A stretch of DNA of 64,000 bases from an uncultured Lachnospiraceae bacterium (GCA_902779505.1 CACZBZ010000002.1:40601-104600); one strand, 5' to 3'. Shown: positions 1-15,775, counted from the stretch's first letter. Numbers and translations are program-made. The notes: generated from the sequence alone by a model not told the origin.

Positions 1-1095
<1,095 letters not shown>

Positions 1096-1953
1096 CTAAG
1101 ATATCGCCTGTGAACCGGCAATGATCTCTGTAAGTTCCTGCGTGATAGAACCCTGTCTGGCTCTGTTGTACTGCAGTGTCAGCTTATCAATCATTTCTTC
1201 GGCATTTGATGTAGCATTGTCCATCGCCTGCATACGTGCGCCGTTCTCACTGGCAACCGATTCGATCATACCGCCGTATATCAGACTTGTGACATATTTG
1301 GGGATGATGAGTTCAAGCGCTTCTTCCTCTTCCTGCTCGAAGTTCATGGGAACCTTGGATTGCTCGTTTGTTTCCGCATCTTCGCTTAATTCTACCGGAA
1401 GAAGTTTTATGAGTTTGGGCTCATGTACAACCGTATTCTTGAAGCCTGTGTATGCAAGATATATCTCGCCGATCTCACCGTTTCTGAATGCATTAAGAAG
1501 TACTGCCGACAATCTCATCGCATCATCATACTGAGGTGCATCAATCATTGTGGAATAATCAGCTGCAAGTTCGTAGCCGTGTCTGTGCATTGCTTCACGG
1601 CCTTTTTTACCTACAGAATAGATGATCATATCATCTTTGCTCATTCCGCTTCTTGTTACGGTCTTAACTATGTTTGAATTATATCCGCCTGCCAGGCCTC
1701 TGTTACCCGTTATCATTATGACTGCTTTCTTGGAAGAGTCATTGCCTTTTACAAAAGAATGATTAATGGATCCGGCCTTTGCAAGCATGGACTGTACAGT
1801 CCTGTACATATAATTAAAATAATCTTTGCTGTTGATAGCCGCCTGTTTACTACGCTGTAACTTAACCGTTGAGACAAGCTTCATGGCTTTAGTGATCTGT
1901 CCAGTACTTTGGATACTACTTTTACGTCTTTTGATGTCTCTCATAGACGCCAT
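1096..1953 (-). CDS. atpG: F1 ATP synthase gamma subunit
   Basis: QITKAMKLVS, NRGLAGGYN and YNRARQGSITQELTEI motifs. Confidence 0.98.
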   Translation of the reverse strand: MASMRDIKRRKSSIQSTGQITKAMKLVSTVKLQRSKQAAINSKDYFNYMYRTVQSMLAKAGSINHSFVKGNDSSKKAVIMITGNRGLAGGYNSNIVKTVTRSGMSKDDMIIYSVGKKGREAMHRHGYELAADYSTMIDAPQYDDAMRLSAVLLNAFRNGEIGEIYLAYTGFKNTVVHEPKLIKLLPVELSEDAETNEQSKVPMNFEQEEEEALELIIPKYVTSLIYGGMIESVASENGARMQAMDNATSNAEEMIDKLTLQYNRARQGSITQELTEIIAGSQAIS

Positions 1954-1980
1954 ACGTTATCACCTTCCAATCTGTTAAGC

Positions 1981-3501
<1,521 letters not shown>

Positions 3502-4062
3502 CTAATTCTGATTGTCAGCAAGCTGTATCTTCATCAGTCCCTGCTGCATCTTTGTAATCTTTGTACTAACACTGCTGTCTACAACTCTGTCACCGATGCG
3601 AATCTGCATTCCGCCTATAAGCTCAGGCTTTACTTCGTAATGCATTTCCATGGTCTTGAATCCTGCAGTGTCTGTGAGCTTGTTCACAACATCCTTCTTC
3701 TGACTCTCTGTCAGTTCCTTGGGGGTTGTTACATAAGCCACTCCAATTCCCTTCAGTTCCTTTACCTTATCCGTAAAATACTGAAGGATCTCATGTATCT
3801 GTGTGAATCTGCCCTTAGACACTATCATTGTCATGAAACCGATTATTTCATCACTTAAGTGTCCTTTAAAAACATTTTCAACAACCTTAACTTTATCCTC
3901 CATGGCAACACGGGGATTATTGATAAGTCTGTCGAAATCAGGATTATCCTGTAACACATTCTCAAGTGCCGCGATCTCTTCAGCGAAGGAATCAATCTTG
4001 TCTTCCTCAACCGCTACGCTTAAAAGGGCATCTCCATAGGTCTTGCTGATTAGCTTAGCCAT
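3502..4062 (-). CDS. atpH: ATP synthase delta subunit
   Basis: LIGGMQIRIGDRVVDSSV C-terminal motif; operon position. Confidence 0.95.
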   Translation of the reverse strand: MAKLISKTYGDALLSVAVEEDKIDSFAEEIAALENVLQDNPDFDRLINNPRVAMEDKVKVVENVFKGHLSDEIIGFMTMIVSKGRFTQIHEILQYFTDKVKELKGIGVAYVTTPKELTESQKKDVVNKLTDTAGFKTMEMHYEVKPELIGGMQIRIGDRVVDSSVSTKITKMQQGLMKIQLADNQN

Positions 4063-4568
4063 GTACTCTCACCCATTTCCTTTAATGTGTCTTCTACAAG
4101 GCGATCCTGAACACTGTCATTCATATTCTCGCCGATTACCTTCTTAGCCAATTCAGCCGCAACGTTAACCATTTCTTTCTTAACATCATCGGCTACACGC
4201 TGCTTCTCGAGTTCTGCTTCCGTGTTGGCTCTTGAAATAATTGCTCCGGCTTCTTCTTTGGCCTTTGCCACGATTGAAGCCTCATTATCTATTGCTTTCT
4301 TTCTTGCTTCGCTGAGAATTGCTTCTGCCTGCTTGTCCACATCCTTAAGCTTCTGCTCATATTCTGCTTTTAAAGCTTCAGCTTCTTCTTTGCTGTTCTT
4401 TGCTTCATCAAGTTCACCCTTGATCTTGTCCTGTCTCTTTTTCAGGAATTCCCTTGCGGGATTGAAAAAGAAATAAGATGCAAAGAAGAATAATGTAATG
4501 ACCGCTATCAGCGTAAGCAATGCATCATGTAAAAGCTGAAAGTCAAGATCAAACAATCTTGGATCCAT
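4050..4568 (-). CDS. atpF: Fo ATP synthase subunit b
   Basis: N-terminal TM helix plus charged coiled coil; operon position. Confidence 0.95.
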   Translation of the reverse strand: MDPRLFDLDFQLLHDALLTLIAVITLFFFASYFFFNPAREFLKKRQDKIKGELDEAKNSKEEAEALKAEYEQKLKDVDKQAEAILSEARKKAIDNEASIVAKAKEEAGAIISRANTEAELEKQRVADDVKKEMVNVAAELAKKVIGENMNDSVQDRLVEDTLKEMGESTWLS

Positions 4569-4610
4569 TAACTTACTGCCTCCTTTCTGTCAATTAATTC
4601 TTTGGGGGCT

Positions 4611-4877
<267 letters not shown>

Positions 4878-4974
4878 CTAAACCTATTCTTGATAGTTTT
4901 TATTACTTATGTAAACCATAACTCTTCCCGGCCGCCTTCCCGGCCTCTTTTGAAGAATTATATAAACATTTCTG

Positions 4975-5694
4975 TTATTCTGTTGTCATCGCATCTGACA
5001 AATAAGTCATTGTCAGCATACAGAAAACGTACGTCTGGATAGCTCCAGAAAACAGATCAAAGTATACGTGTAAAGCAGCCGGCCAGAAAAATGCTATCTT
5101 GCTTAACAAGCCGTATACAAGTGCCATCATTACCGTTCCCGAAAGAACGTTGGCAAACAAACGCAAGGACAATGAAATCGGTACGGCCACGTCACCGATA
5201 ATATTAATCGGCATCCAGAATGGCCAAGGATCCATAAGTCCTTTCAAAAAGCCTGAAACCTTCTGATATCTAATCTTATTCACAAATATCAGGGTAAATG
5301 TCGCAATACCCAACGGTAACGTCGTACCATAGTCGGCTGTGGGAGCTCTTAAGCCCAACAGACCCGATATATTTGAGAATAAAATAAATATGAAGATCGT
5401 TCCGATGTAGTTGCGGAAGTTCTTTCCGTTTTTGCCCATGGTTGAATCAACCATCTTATCCAGAGATTCAGCTATAAGCTCAACCACATTCTGGAAACCC
5501 TGCGGTACTTCTGTTGCATGCTTCATTACTCTTCCGGCTATGAATAAGAACACCATAAGCGTAAGCAGTACTATCAGCAAGCATACATGACTGGTTGTTA
5601 TCCACACTTCATGGCCGAAGAAATTATAGGAAAAAATCCCATGGATCATAAAATCGACTTCGCTATCGGCAGATAACAATAATCCAATAACCAT
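4975..5694 (-). CDS. atpB: Fo ATP synthase subunit a
   Basis: SLSLRLFANV and IQTYVFCML motifs. Confidence 0.97.
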   Translation of the reverse strand: MVIGLLLSADSEVDFMIHGIFSYNFFGHEVWITTSHVCLLIVLLTLMVFLFIAGRVMKHATEVPQGFQNVVELIAESLDKMVDSTMGKNGKNFRNYIGTIFIFILFSNISGLLGLRAPTADYGTTLPLGIATFTLIFVNKIRYQKVSGFLKGLMDPWPFWMPINIIGDVAVPISLSLRLFANVLSGTVMMALVYGLLSKIAFFWPAALHVYFDLFSGAIQTYVFCMLTMTYLSDAMTTE

Positions 5695-5711
5695 GCGTTC
5701 ACCTCCTCATA

Positions 5712-6122
5712 TTATTTTTTAAAAAATTTTTTATTGATAAGGGGAGATAAGTATGCACCTATCTTCAATCCCATCATTCCCAAGAATGCAGCCAACGGGT
5801 ATGAAAAATCCGTAAGGCAAAGCAGTACAAAAACAATAAGAATAAGAGCGTATCTTATAAGTCCCGCTCTTGTGCCGTAAGCTCTGGCAGCGCCTTCGTT
5901 ATCGGCATTAACGCTTAAGTTGCGGTCAATTGACCACCACATGTGCCAGGCTGTAAACAGAGACATGACTATTCCGATCCACAGACCGATACTGTATTTT
6001 GCCATGTCCGGCACAAACCACATCCCCAGCAACTGGCACACAAGACCAAAAGCCAATATGCCGATCATGAGCGTAAGCAGCGTCTCATCTATCTTTTGAA
6101 TCATCTGAATTATTTTCTTCAT
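5712..6122 (-). CDS. atpI: ATP synthase I-like membrane protein
   Basis: Four TM helices directly upstream of atpB. Confidence 0.75.
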   Translation of the reverse strand: MKKIIQMIQKIDETLLTLMIGILAFGLVCQLLGMWFVPDMAKYSIGLWIGIVMSLFTAWHMWWSIDRNLSVNADNEGAARAYGTRAGLIRYALILIVFVLLCLTDFSYPLAAFLGMMGLKIGAYLSPLINKKFFKK

Positions 6123-6336
6123 CCGGTTTCTTGGTAACTTTCTTTACCAGGATATATATGTTGCGGAAGCCCGCCAGCGCACCAACAAAGAACAAAATAA
6201 CAAAAAAACATGATGTTCCCAATTTTTCATCTATCAGATAGCCGATAAATGAGCACAATCCAATCGGAACAAGCATGTTGATGGAAAACTGCATAAAATA
6301 TGCCAACATTCGGTGCGTATCATTCGTCTTTTTCAA
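6085..6336 (-). CDS. AtpZ/AtpI-family small membrane protein
   Basis: IGYLIDEKLGT...GALAGFRN pattern; probable TTG start at 6336 after a GGAAGGG RBS (ORF track extends to 6420). Confidence 0.8.
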   Translation of the reverse strand: MKKTNDTHRMLAYFMQFSINMLVPIGLCSFIGYLIDEKLGTSCFFVILFFVGALAGFRNIYILVKKVTKKPDEENNSDDSKDR

Positions 6337-6434
6337 GTGCGTATTCCCTTCCACGGCAACTCTTATAATTATACCTAATTTGCTTATTACTGTAAAGAAA
6401 ATCGCCCATTTTAAAAACACTTTTTCATATTATA

Positions 6435-6463
6435 TTGACGAATGAATAAAGGAAATGTATGAT
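6435..6463 (+). promoter_or_regulatory. sigma-A promoter for the DUF402 gene
   Basis: TTGACG-17bp-TATGAT. Confidence 0.65.
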
Positions 6464-6517
6464 TAAGTAAATATACAGACAACTCGGCGAAATGTCAGAC
6501 TTTCGGGAGGTATCACA

Positions 6518-7000
6518 ATGTATCCGGCACTTTTCAGAAAAAGACTGATTCCCAATGAATGCATAGCGTTGAAGGATGATATTATCCTGCATATGGACGA
6601 TGATATCCTTGTGACAAAATGGCAGACATTAAAACCCAGAGAGGATTTTCATCACGGATATTCCTGCTATTTCTTCAAGGACGGAATAAAAGTGAGCCGT
6701 TTCCTTAAAGAGGATGGCAGTCTCTATTATTGGTACTGTGATATTGTTACTTTTTCAAAAAACGAGGAGCTTAACACTCTGACTATCATAGATCTTCTGG
6801 CAGATGTTACGGTTGATTCCGAGGGACATATGAACGTTCTTGATATCGATGAGTTGTGCGAGGCAAAAGAAAAGAGTTACATCAATGACATCCAATTCTT
6901 CAAATCCGTCAAGCAGCTGGGAGATCTGATTACCGTGATACAGCAGGGAAAACTCTCGGAATATACCGATATTCTGATGAAATACGTTGATGAAGATTAA
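6518..7000 (+). CDS. DUF402 domain protein
   Basis: YYWYCDI...IDLLADV...VLDIDEL pattern; GGGAGG RBS. Confidence 0.8.
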   Translation: MYPALFRKRLIPNECIALKDDIILHMDDDILVTKWQTLKPREDFHHGYSCYFFKDGIKVSRFLKEDGSLYYWYCDIVTFSKNEELNTLTIIDLLADVTVDSEGHMNVLDIDELCEAKEKSYINDIQFFKSVKQLGDLITVIQQGKLSEYTDILMKYVDED

Positions 7001-7005
7001 TAAGC

Positions 7006-7045
7006 AATAAAAAAATCAGTGATTCACATCACTGATTTTTTTATT
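7006..7045. terminator. Bidirectional rho-independent terminator
   Basis: AATAAAAAAATCAGTGAT-tcac-ATCACTGATTTTTTTATT between convergent genes. Confidence 0.85.
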
Positions 7046-8209
7046 CTAGTAAAATACGTGGGCTCCGATTTGTATACCGCTTAAACCTTCTACCGGTGTC
7101 CTGAAATAAACACATGTACCCACATTGGTCTGTCCGCTCATGGCTTCATCAGCAGCTTTATAACATGCAGCCGTCGCCGATCCGTTGGCCAATGCTATTG
7201 CAAGATGTCCGTCGGATGCAGGGGAAAACTGCCTGTTCTGATATATGACACCCACCACTGTATTGGGATATACGGAACTCAACACACGATTGATAACAAC
7301 AGCTCCTACGGCAAGCTGTCCCGCATAGGGCTGATTGCCTGCTTCGCAATATATAAGACTGGCAAGGAGATATCTGTCTCCTTCGGCAAATTCAACCTCG
7401 GAAATATCACGCCAGCTTGACTGGGCAGCCAGTTTTGACATTGCTATTTCTTCGGCCAGTTTCTTCTTGAGGGCGGATATATTCTCTTCCTCTTTGGCAG
7501 CCTGAGCCGCATAAGCATCCGCAACCGCTTCGGCATCCGCTATCTGATTACTGTAGTTGCCGATGGATTGTGACGTTTTATTAACATATCCCGTTACCTT
7601 TTCCTGTTCGGCTCTGACCTCTTCATGATATTCATCAAGCTCGGCCTTTTCCTCTTCCAGTTTGGCTTTGGCATCTTCTACGGCCGCTCTTGTAGCCTTG
7701 TAATCATCAAGCTGCTTACGGTCATATTCTTCCAGCTGTTCTATGTAATCGTTCTTGTTGACAGCTTCCGCAAAACTGGAGCTGGCAAATACCACATCAA
7801 GAAGCAATGTATTACGTCTTTCATACATGAACTGAACTCTTTTTTTCATAGCCTCGTACTGGGCTTCTTCAGTTGCAATTGCCTCTTCCAGGTCACGTTC
7901 GGCCTGTGCGATCTCCTCTTCCTTATCGGCTATTTTAGCCTCCAGATCCGCAAGATTATTGCTGACCTCGGTCAATTCCTGATTCAGTTTGTTAAGCTCT
8001 CCCTGAAGATTACTCTTAATACCGTTAAGGTTATTGATATTCTCTTCAGTCTCTTTTAACTTGGAGGTCGTCTCCTTGTGCTGCTCCTCCGCCTCTTCCA
8101 GCTGTTCCTTGGTAGTCTTGGCATAGGCCGGTGTCTGAGGCATCAGAAAAAAGTACATTGTCACAGTTAGTATAACGGACACAACCCTGATCACGCGCCT
8201 GTTTATCAT
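7046..8209 (-). CDS. Secreted cell wall hydrolase: long coiled coil plus C-terminal Hydrolase_2 (SleB-like) domain
   Basis: Signal peptide, heptad-rich region, IYCEAGNQ...AVGAVVINRV...YQNRQFS...IGAHVFY. Confidence 0.88.
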   Translation of the reverse strand: MINRRVIRVVSVILTVTMYFFLMPQTPAYAKTTKEQLEEAEEQHKETTSKLKETEENINNLNGIKSNLQGELNKLNQELTEVSNNLADLEAKIADKEEEIAQAERDLEEAIATEEAQYEAMKKRVQFMYERRNTLLLDVVFASSSFAEAVNKNDYIEQLEEYDRKQLDDYKATRAAVEDAKAKLEEEKAELDEYHEEVRAEQEKVTGYVNKTSQSIGNYSNQIADAEAVADAYAAQAAKEEENISALKKKLAEEIAMSKLAAQSSWRDISEVEFAEGDRYLLASLIYCEAGNQPYAGQLAVGAVVINRVLSSVYPNTVVGVIYQNRQFSPASDGHLAIALANGSATAACYKAADEAMSGQTNVGTCVYFRTPVEGLSGIQIGAHVFY

Positions 8210-8216
8210 ATAAAAC

Positions 8217-8696
8217 CTATACTTCTATTGTGATGGTTCTTCCCGTCGGTGAGTATTTGCGATATTCAACACCTGCAGCGTCGAACATTTTCTTAGCCGC
8301 AATATTACCCGGTGTACCGTCATATTTGTCACTGTCATATATAACAGTCTTAATGCCGCTTTGAATTATTGCCTTGGCACATTCATTGCAGGGGAAAAGA
8401 CTTACATACAGCTTGGTACCCTGAAGGCTTCCTCCTCTGTAATTGAGGATTGCATTCAGCTCGCTGTGAGTAACGTAAGCATATTTCGTATGAAGCATGT
8501 CTCCGTCTCTGTCCCACGGAAAATCTTCATCGGAGCAACCGATGGGAAATCCGTTGTAACCCATAGACATTATCTTATTGTCTTTATCAACAATGCATGC
8601 TCCTACCTGAGTGTTGGGATCCTTGGACCTCATTCCGGCCAGTTTGGATATTCCCATAAAATACTCGTCCCAACGAATGTAGTCTTCTCTCTTCAT
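8217..8696 (-). CDS. dCMP deaminase family protein (ComEB-like)
   Basis: HSELNA and PCNEC zinc motifs. Confidence 0.92.
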   Translation of the reverse strand: MKREDYIRWDEYFMGISKLAGMRSKDPNTQVGACIVDKDNKIMSMGYNGFPIGCSDEDFPWDRDGDMLHTKYAYVTHSELNAILNYRGGSLQGTKLYVSLFPCNECAKAIIQSGIKTVIYDSDKYDGTPGNIAAKKMFDAAGVEYRKYSPTGRTITIEV

Positions 8697-8729
8697 GCCT
8701 TAACCCCCTAAACAAAACATCAAAGTTTT

Positions 8730-9359
8730 TTACTTTGTTCCGAAAATACGATCGCCTGCATCTCCGAGGCCCGGAACTATATAAGCGTTCTCATTGAGTT
8801 TCTCATCCATTGCTCCAATGTAAATATCAACATCGGGATGTGCATTCTTCAGGAATTCAAGTCCTTCGGGAGCTGCGATGATACACATAAAATGAATGCT
8901 CTTGCATCCCTTGTCTTTAAGCATCTGAATAGCTGCTGCTGCAGATCCGCCTGTTGCAAGCATGGGATCAACAACGAATACTTCTCTTTCACCACAGTCT
9001 TCAGGGAGCTTGCAATAATATTCAACCGGAAGATGTGTCTCGGGATCTCTGTAAAGTCCGATGTGTCCTACCTTTGCTGCAGGAATCATTGTGAGCATAC
9101 CGTCAACCATTCCGAGACCTGCACGGAGGATGGGAACTACAGCCATCTTTCTTCCCTTTAGTTCTTTTACAGTTGTCTCACAAATCGGTGTCTTGATCTT
9201 AACTTCCTGAAGCTTGAGATCTCTTGTTGCTTCGTAACATATCAACATAGCAATCTCAGATACTGTCTGTCTGAAATCCTTTGTTCCTGTGTTCTCTCTT
9301 CTGATATAACCGATTTTGTGCTGGATCAGAGGATGATCCATGATCATTACTTTTGCCAT
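8730..9359 (-). CDS. upp: Uracil phosphoribosyltransferase
   Basis: [26 protein letters not shown]. Confidence 0.98.
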   Translation of the reverse strand: MAKVMIMDHPLIQHKIGYIRRENTGTKDFRQTVSEIAMLICYEATRDLKLQEVKIKTPICETTVKELKGRKMAVVPILRAGLGMVDGMLTMIPAAKVGHIGLYRDPETHLPVEYYCKLPEDCGEREVFVVDPMLATGGSAAAAIQMLKDKGCKSIHFMCIIAAPEGLEFLKNAHPDVDIYIGAMDEKLNENAYIVPGLGDAGDRIFGTK

Positions 9360-9397
9360 TGCCTTGGCTCCTTTCTCACCGTTATTTCTTTTGGTCT

Positions 9398-9829
9398 TTA
9401 TCCCTCTATCAGATTAATTCTTCTCTGATGCTTTTCTTCAGCGGAGAAATCCGTTGTCAAAAATGTATCTGCTATTTCTTTGGCCATATTCGGTCCTATG
9501 ATTCCCGCTCCCATTGCAAGCATATTGGCATCATTATGCAATCTTGTCATTTTTGCGGAATAGGGATCTGCACATAAAGCACATCTTATTCCCTTAACCT
9601 TATTGGCCGTTATGGATATTCCTATACCTGTTGTACAGATAACAATTCCTTTGTCACATTCACCTTTCGCAACAGCCTCGGCTGCCGCTCTTCCGTATAT
9701 CGGATAATCGCAGGAACTCTTGTCGGGACATCCGAAGTCCACGCACTCTATTCCTTTTGCCTTAAGATGTTCCATTACAATCACCTTAAGATCATATCCC
9801 CCATGATCACATCCAAATGCTACTTTCAT
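9398..9829 (-). CDS. rpiB: Ribose-5-phosphate isomerase B
   Basis: DHGG, CTTGIG, HNDAN motifs. Confidence 0.95.
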   Translation of the reverse strand: MKVAFGCDHGGYDLKVIVMEHLKAKGIECVDFGCPDKSSCDYPIYGRAAAEAVAKGECDKGIVICTTGIGISITANKVKGIRCALCADPYSAKMTRLHNDANMLAMGAGIIGPNMAKEIADTFLTTDFSAEEKHQRRINLIEG

Positions 9830-9837
9830 ACTTCCTC

Positions 9838-10887
9838 CTAAATATTAATAAGCTGATGACCCGCGGCTTTAAGAAGTCTGTTCATGATTGCCTGTCCGAG
9901 ACCTCCCGTATCAAAGCACTCGGAATACATTATCTCTATTCCTTCGTCATCAAATTCTCTCAGTATGGTGTACAGTCTGTGAGCTATCATGCTCTCATCC
10001 TGTCTTGAACCCACAGTCTTGATACTGTCTGCTTCATATCTGTCTGCAGTCTCGTCTGTGGCTATTACTCCGGTCTTTTTACCCGAAAAAGATGCTTCCT
10101 TTAATTTTACATTTATGTACTCAACCACTTCCTCCTCGGGGCCATTCACAATTGTGAGCATTCCCTTGGGAGCATAGTGCTTGTATTTCATACCCGGAGC
10201 TTTCGGAGGCTCTTTACTGTCCCCGGCAAATATCGTGGGATCTGTATCTACAAGACCCAGTTCCTCTTCAAGCATTTCCTTTGTGATGAATCCCGGTCGA
10301 AGTATCATGGGTCTTTCACCGCTAAGGTCCACTATGGTGGATTCCAGCCCGATTCCCGCATCTCCTCCGTCTATGATCATATCGATGCGGTCTTTCATAT
10401 CTTCTATTACATATTTGGCGGATGTGGGACTTGGTCTTCCCGATATGTTGGCACTGGGTGCCGCCACATATCCTCCGGCTGCTTCTATAAAGGCAAGTGC
10501 AGTCTTATGAACCGGCATTCTTACAGCCACGGTATCAAGACCGCCCGTAGTCTCTCCCGGTACTGCATCCGACTTTTTCATTATCATGGTAAGAGGGCCC
10601 GGCCAGAATGCCTTGGCAAGTTTCCTTGCCGCTTCCGGAACATTGGCGACAATCAGGTCAATATCTTCCCATTTGGAAATATGAACAATAAGAGGATTGT
10701 CGGAAGGTCTCCCTTTTGCAGCATAAATCTTCCTGCTGGAATCCGGATTAAGCGCGTCTCCACCGAGGCCGTATACCGTCTCCGTGGGAAATGCCACAAG
10801 TCCTCCCTGCTTTATGATATCACCGGCTTTTTTTATCAATCCGGCATCAATATTCTCTTCAAAGATTCTTATTATCTCTGTGTCCAT
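9838..10887 (-). CDS. tsaC: L-threonylcarbamoyladenylate synthase (Sua5-type)
   Basis: FPTETVYGLG, KGRPSDNPLIVH, APSAN, APGMKYKHYAP; probable start MDTEII at 10887. Confidence 0.95.
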   Translation of the reverse strand: MDTEIIRIFEENIDAGLIKKAGDIIKQGGLVAFPTETVYGLGGDALNPDSSRKIYAAKGRPSDNPLIVHISKWEDIDLIVANVPEAARKLAKAFWPGPLTMIMKKSDAVPGETTGGLDTVAVRMPVHKTALAFIEAAGGYVAAPSANISGRPSPTSAKYVIEDMKDRIDMIIDGGDAGIGLESTIVDLSGERPMILRPGFITKEMLEEELGLVDTDPTIFAGDSKEPPKAPGMKYKHYAPKGMLTIVNGPEEEVVEYINVKLKEASFSGKKTGVIATDETADRYEADSIKTVGSRQDESMIAHRLYTILREFDDEGIEIMYSECFDTGGLGQAIMNRLLKAAGHQLINI

Positions 10888-10921
10888 ACTTCTTCTAATT
10901 CTATCACACCGACTAAGATAA

Positions 10922-10949
10922 AAAAAGTGCTCCTTTCGAAGCACTTTTT
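10922..10949 (-). terminator. Terminator after dnaJ
   Basis: AAAAAGTGCT...AGCACTTTTT inverted repeat just past the dnaJ stop. Confidence 0.6.
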
Positions 10950-10953
10950 AGTA

Positions 10954-12132
10954 TTAAAACAGTTTTTTCTTTTTCTTGGTCTCGGACGTGTTGTTCTTCT
11001 TGTTGTCCGTATATCTCTTTGCGGCATTTAATGAATCATCATTTGCCTCATCGTATTTCTGCAAAAGTTCCTTTGCCTCTTTTGAAAGCTTGTCGGGAAC
11101 CTGAACAACAAGTGTAACATAATGGTCACCACGAAGGTCTTTATTACGCAGGCTGGGTACACCCTTGCCTTTTAATCTTATTCTTGTATCCGTCTGAGTA
11201 CCGGGCTTTACTTCATATATTACCTTACCGTCAACAGTATCTATCACTATCTCTCCACCCAGGGCAGCTATAGGAAATGATACCGGAACCGTAGAGAATA
11301 TATTGACATCCTGTCTCTGGAATATAGGATGACGTCCTACAATTACCTCAACAAGTACATCACCTCTGGGTCCGTTGTTAATACCGGGTTCTCCCTGTCC
11401 CGACAGTCTCTTGCACTGACCGTTATCAATACCGGCAGGTATATCAACCGCAAATCTCTTCTTGATTGGAATATAACCGGTTCCGTGACAGTCGACGCAC
11501 TTGTCTTTTATGACTTTTCCGCGTCCCTGACACTCGGGACAAGTCTGTACGTTCCTTACCGTTCCAAAGAATGACTGCTGTGTGAATACAACCTGTCCTT
11601 TACCGCCACACTTGCTGCAGGTAACAGGACTTGTTCCCGGCTTAGCACCCGAACCGTGACAGGTCTTACACTCATCTTTTACGGTAAGCTCTATCTCTTT
11701 TTCACATCCGAATACAGCCTCTTCGAAAGTTATCCTTACGCTGGTACGGATATTGCTTCCTTTCATAGGACCATTGCTTGCCGCACCCGAAGATCTTCTT
11801 CCGCCTCCGAAGAGATCACCGAATATATCACCGAATATATCAGTAAAATCAGCTCCACTGAAATCAAAACCTCCGAAGGGATTGCCTGCGCCGGCTCCTC
11901 CGTCAAAAGCAGCATGTCCGAATTGGTCGTACTGTCTTCTTTTTTCGGGGTCGCTTAACACAGCGTAAGCTTCTGAAGCTTCCTTGAATTTCTTCTCCGC
12001 CTCTTTGTCTCCGGGATTCATATCCGGATGATACTTCTTGGCAAGAGCACGATATGCTTTTTTCAGCGCTGCTTCATCGGCGTTTTTCTCGACGCCCAGC
12101 ACCTCGTAATAATCGCGTTTTTCTTCGGCCAT
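10954..12132 (-). CDS. dnaJ: Chaperone DnaJ
   Basis: J-domain HPD, G/F region, four CxxCxGxG repeats. Confidence 0.99.
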   Translation of the reverse strand: MAEEKRDYYEVLGVEKNADEAALKKAYRALAKKYHPDMNPGDKEAEKKFKEASEAYAVLSDPEKRRQYDQFGHAAFDGGAGAGNPFGGFDFSGADFTDIFGDIFGDLFGGGRRSSGAASNGPMKGSNIRTSVRITFEEAVFGCEKEIELTVKDECKTCHGSGAKPGTSPVTCSKCGGKGQVVFTQQSFFGTVRNVQTCPECQGRGKVIKDKCVDCHGTGYIPIKKRFAVDIPAGIDNGQCKRLSGQGEPGINNGPRGDVLVEVIVGRHPIFQRQDVNIFSTVPVSFPIAALGGEIVIDTVDGKVIYEVKPGTQTDTRIRLKGKGVPSLRNKDLRGDHYVTLVVQVPDKLSKEAKELLQKYDEANDDSLNAAKRYTDNKKNNTSETKKKKKLF

Positions 12133-12202
12133 TTTCTTTCTCCATTACTACATAGCATAAGGGGACACCCGGTCCCCTCAAGCTTTTTATCTTTTAAATT
12201 TT

Positions 12203-14092
<1,890 letters not shown>

Positions 14093-14104
14093 CTAAGTCT
14101 TTTC

Positions 14105-14734
14105 TTATTTTGCGACAGCCACCATACTGTGACGTACAACGCTGTCTCTGTATGTATAACCCTTCTGAAGTTCCTGGGCTACAATTCCTTCTTCGAATTC
14201 CTCCGATTCAACCTGCATTACTGCATTGTGATATTCCGGATTGAACTCCTGTCCAAGAGCCTCTATAGGTTTAACACCTATGTCATCCAACTCCTTAAGC
14301 AGCTGCTTGTATATCAGATTCATTCCTTCATATACCGACTCACTCTGCTTTTCTTCCGGAACGGAAGCAAGGCCTCTTTCAAAATTATCAACAACGGGGA
14401 GGAGTTTTTCTATAACACTTTTGGCTCCCATTTCAAACATTGTTGCTTTTTCCTTTTCGGTCCTTTTTCTGAAGTTCTCGAATTCAGCCATCTGACGTTT
14501 TACCCTGTCTTCCAGTTCCGCCTTGGCCTCTTCCAATGCCTCCAGTTTTTTATCGCCTTTGCTTTTGGATTTCTTTGATTTCTTATTCTCGTCTTCGCTT
14601 TTGTTTTCTTCCGAAGATTCCTCTGTCTGTTTTTCTGTTTCGGCGGAAGCCTCTTTTACCTCTTCCGCTTCGGCTGCGTCAGGCTTCAGTTCCTTCTCCG
14701 CATCCTCCAGTATTTCTTTTTCCTTATCTGCCAC
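14105..14734 (-). CDS. grpE: Nucleotide exchange factor GrpE
   Basis: AEFENFRKR, FNPEYHNAV, QKGY. Confidence 0.98.
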   Translation of the reverse strand: MADKEKEILEDAEKELKPDAAEAEEVKEASAETEKQTEESSEENKSEDENKKSKKSKSKGDKKLEALEEAKAELEDRVKRQMAEFENFRKRTEKEKATMFEMGAKSVIEKLLPVVDNFERGLASVPEEKQSESVYEGMNLIYKQLLKELDDIGVKPIEALGQEFNPEYHNAVMQVESEEFEEGIVAQELQKGYTYRDSVVRHSMVAVAK

Positions 14735-14749
14735 TAGGGGTCACCTCGC

Positions 14750-15775
14750 TTATTTTTTATATATGGAATCAAGTTCCTTCATAACGCCCTTCAGATTGTC
14801 CACAACTTTTTCGTAGTCCATTCTCTTGGGGCCGATTATTCCGATGGTTCCTTTCATACCGTCTCCGAGATCGTAGGTCGCCGTAACGATACTGCAATCC
14901 TTCATGGTATCAACCGGAGATTCATTTCCTATATATACCTGAATGCCCGTGTCGGAGTCACCCGAAAGGGTCTTAACAACCAGTTCGTTAAGTGCCTTCT
15001 TCTCTTCGAGATTACTGATTATCTCGCTGGCATTCTTGTTGTCGGCAAGCTCGGGATATTTGAAGATATTATTGGCACCGGAGGTATATATCTCCAGATC
15101 CTCTTCCTCATGAATAGCCTTAGCCACCTCATCGATTATTTCAGCTACTATATCGGAATGGATACCTGCCTGTTTCTTAAGGTTTGTTATCATCCCGAGA
15201 TTAATCTCTTCTATACTTAATCCGTTAAGATGAGTATTAAGAAGAATGTTAAGTTTTAAAACCGTCTCCTCGTTAATGTCCTCGGTAATATCAAGAAGTC
15301 TGTTCTTGATCACATTGCCTTCAACAACAATAACAACCAGCAATTGTGTATCGTTCACTCTGGACAGCTGGATCAGCTTTAATTTGTTCCTGTGAAGACT
15401 GGGTGCGGATACCATTGATGCATAGTTGGTATTGGTCGCAAGAAGTTTTGCAGTCTGCTTAAGAAGATGATCAAGTCTTTCCTCTTTTTCCAAGAGACTT
15501 ACTTTAAGTTCCTCAACCTCTTTTGTCTTCTCCACCATCATGGCATCGACATATATCCTGTATCCAAGGTCCGAAGGAATACGTCCGGCAGATGTATGAG
15601 GCTGGATAATGTAGCCCAGTTCCTCAAGATCGGCCATCTCGTTACGAATGGTAGCAGATGATAAATTGAGATCCGTGAACTTGGAAATAGTTCTGCTTCC
15701 AACAGGTTCGCCCGTCTCGAGATAGTTACGAACTATAGCTTTCAGTATTGTCATCTTACGTTCGTTTAATTCCAT
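14750..15775 (-). CDS. hrcA: Heat-inducible repressor HrcA
   Basis: EPVGSRT, SSATIRNEM, HTSAGRIPS, GPKRMDY. Confidence 0.98.
   Translation of the reverse strand: MELNERKMTILKAIVRNYLETGEPVGSRTISKFTDLNLSSATIRNEMADLEELGYIIQPHTSAGRIPSDLGYRIYVDAMMVEKTKEVEELKVSLLEKEERLDHLLKQTAKLLATNTNYASMVSAPSLHRNKLKLIQLSRVNDTQLLVVIVVEGNVIKNRLLDITEDINEETVLKLNILLNTHLNGLSIEEINLGMITNLKKQAGIHSDIVAEIIDEVAKAIHEEEDLEIYTSGANNIFKYPELADNKNASEIISNLEEKKALNELVVKTLSGDSDTGIQVYIGNESPVDTMKDCSIVTATYDLGDGMKGTIGIIGPKRMDYEKVVDNLKGVMKELDSIYKK

Noticed and set aside
4924-4945. Direct repeat CTTCCCGGCC x2 between atpB and atpE
   Set aside because: Too short, with no supporting structure; function cannot be argued
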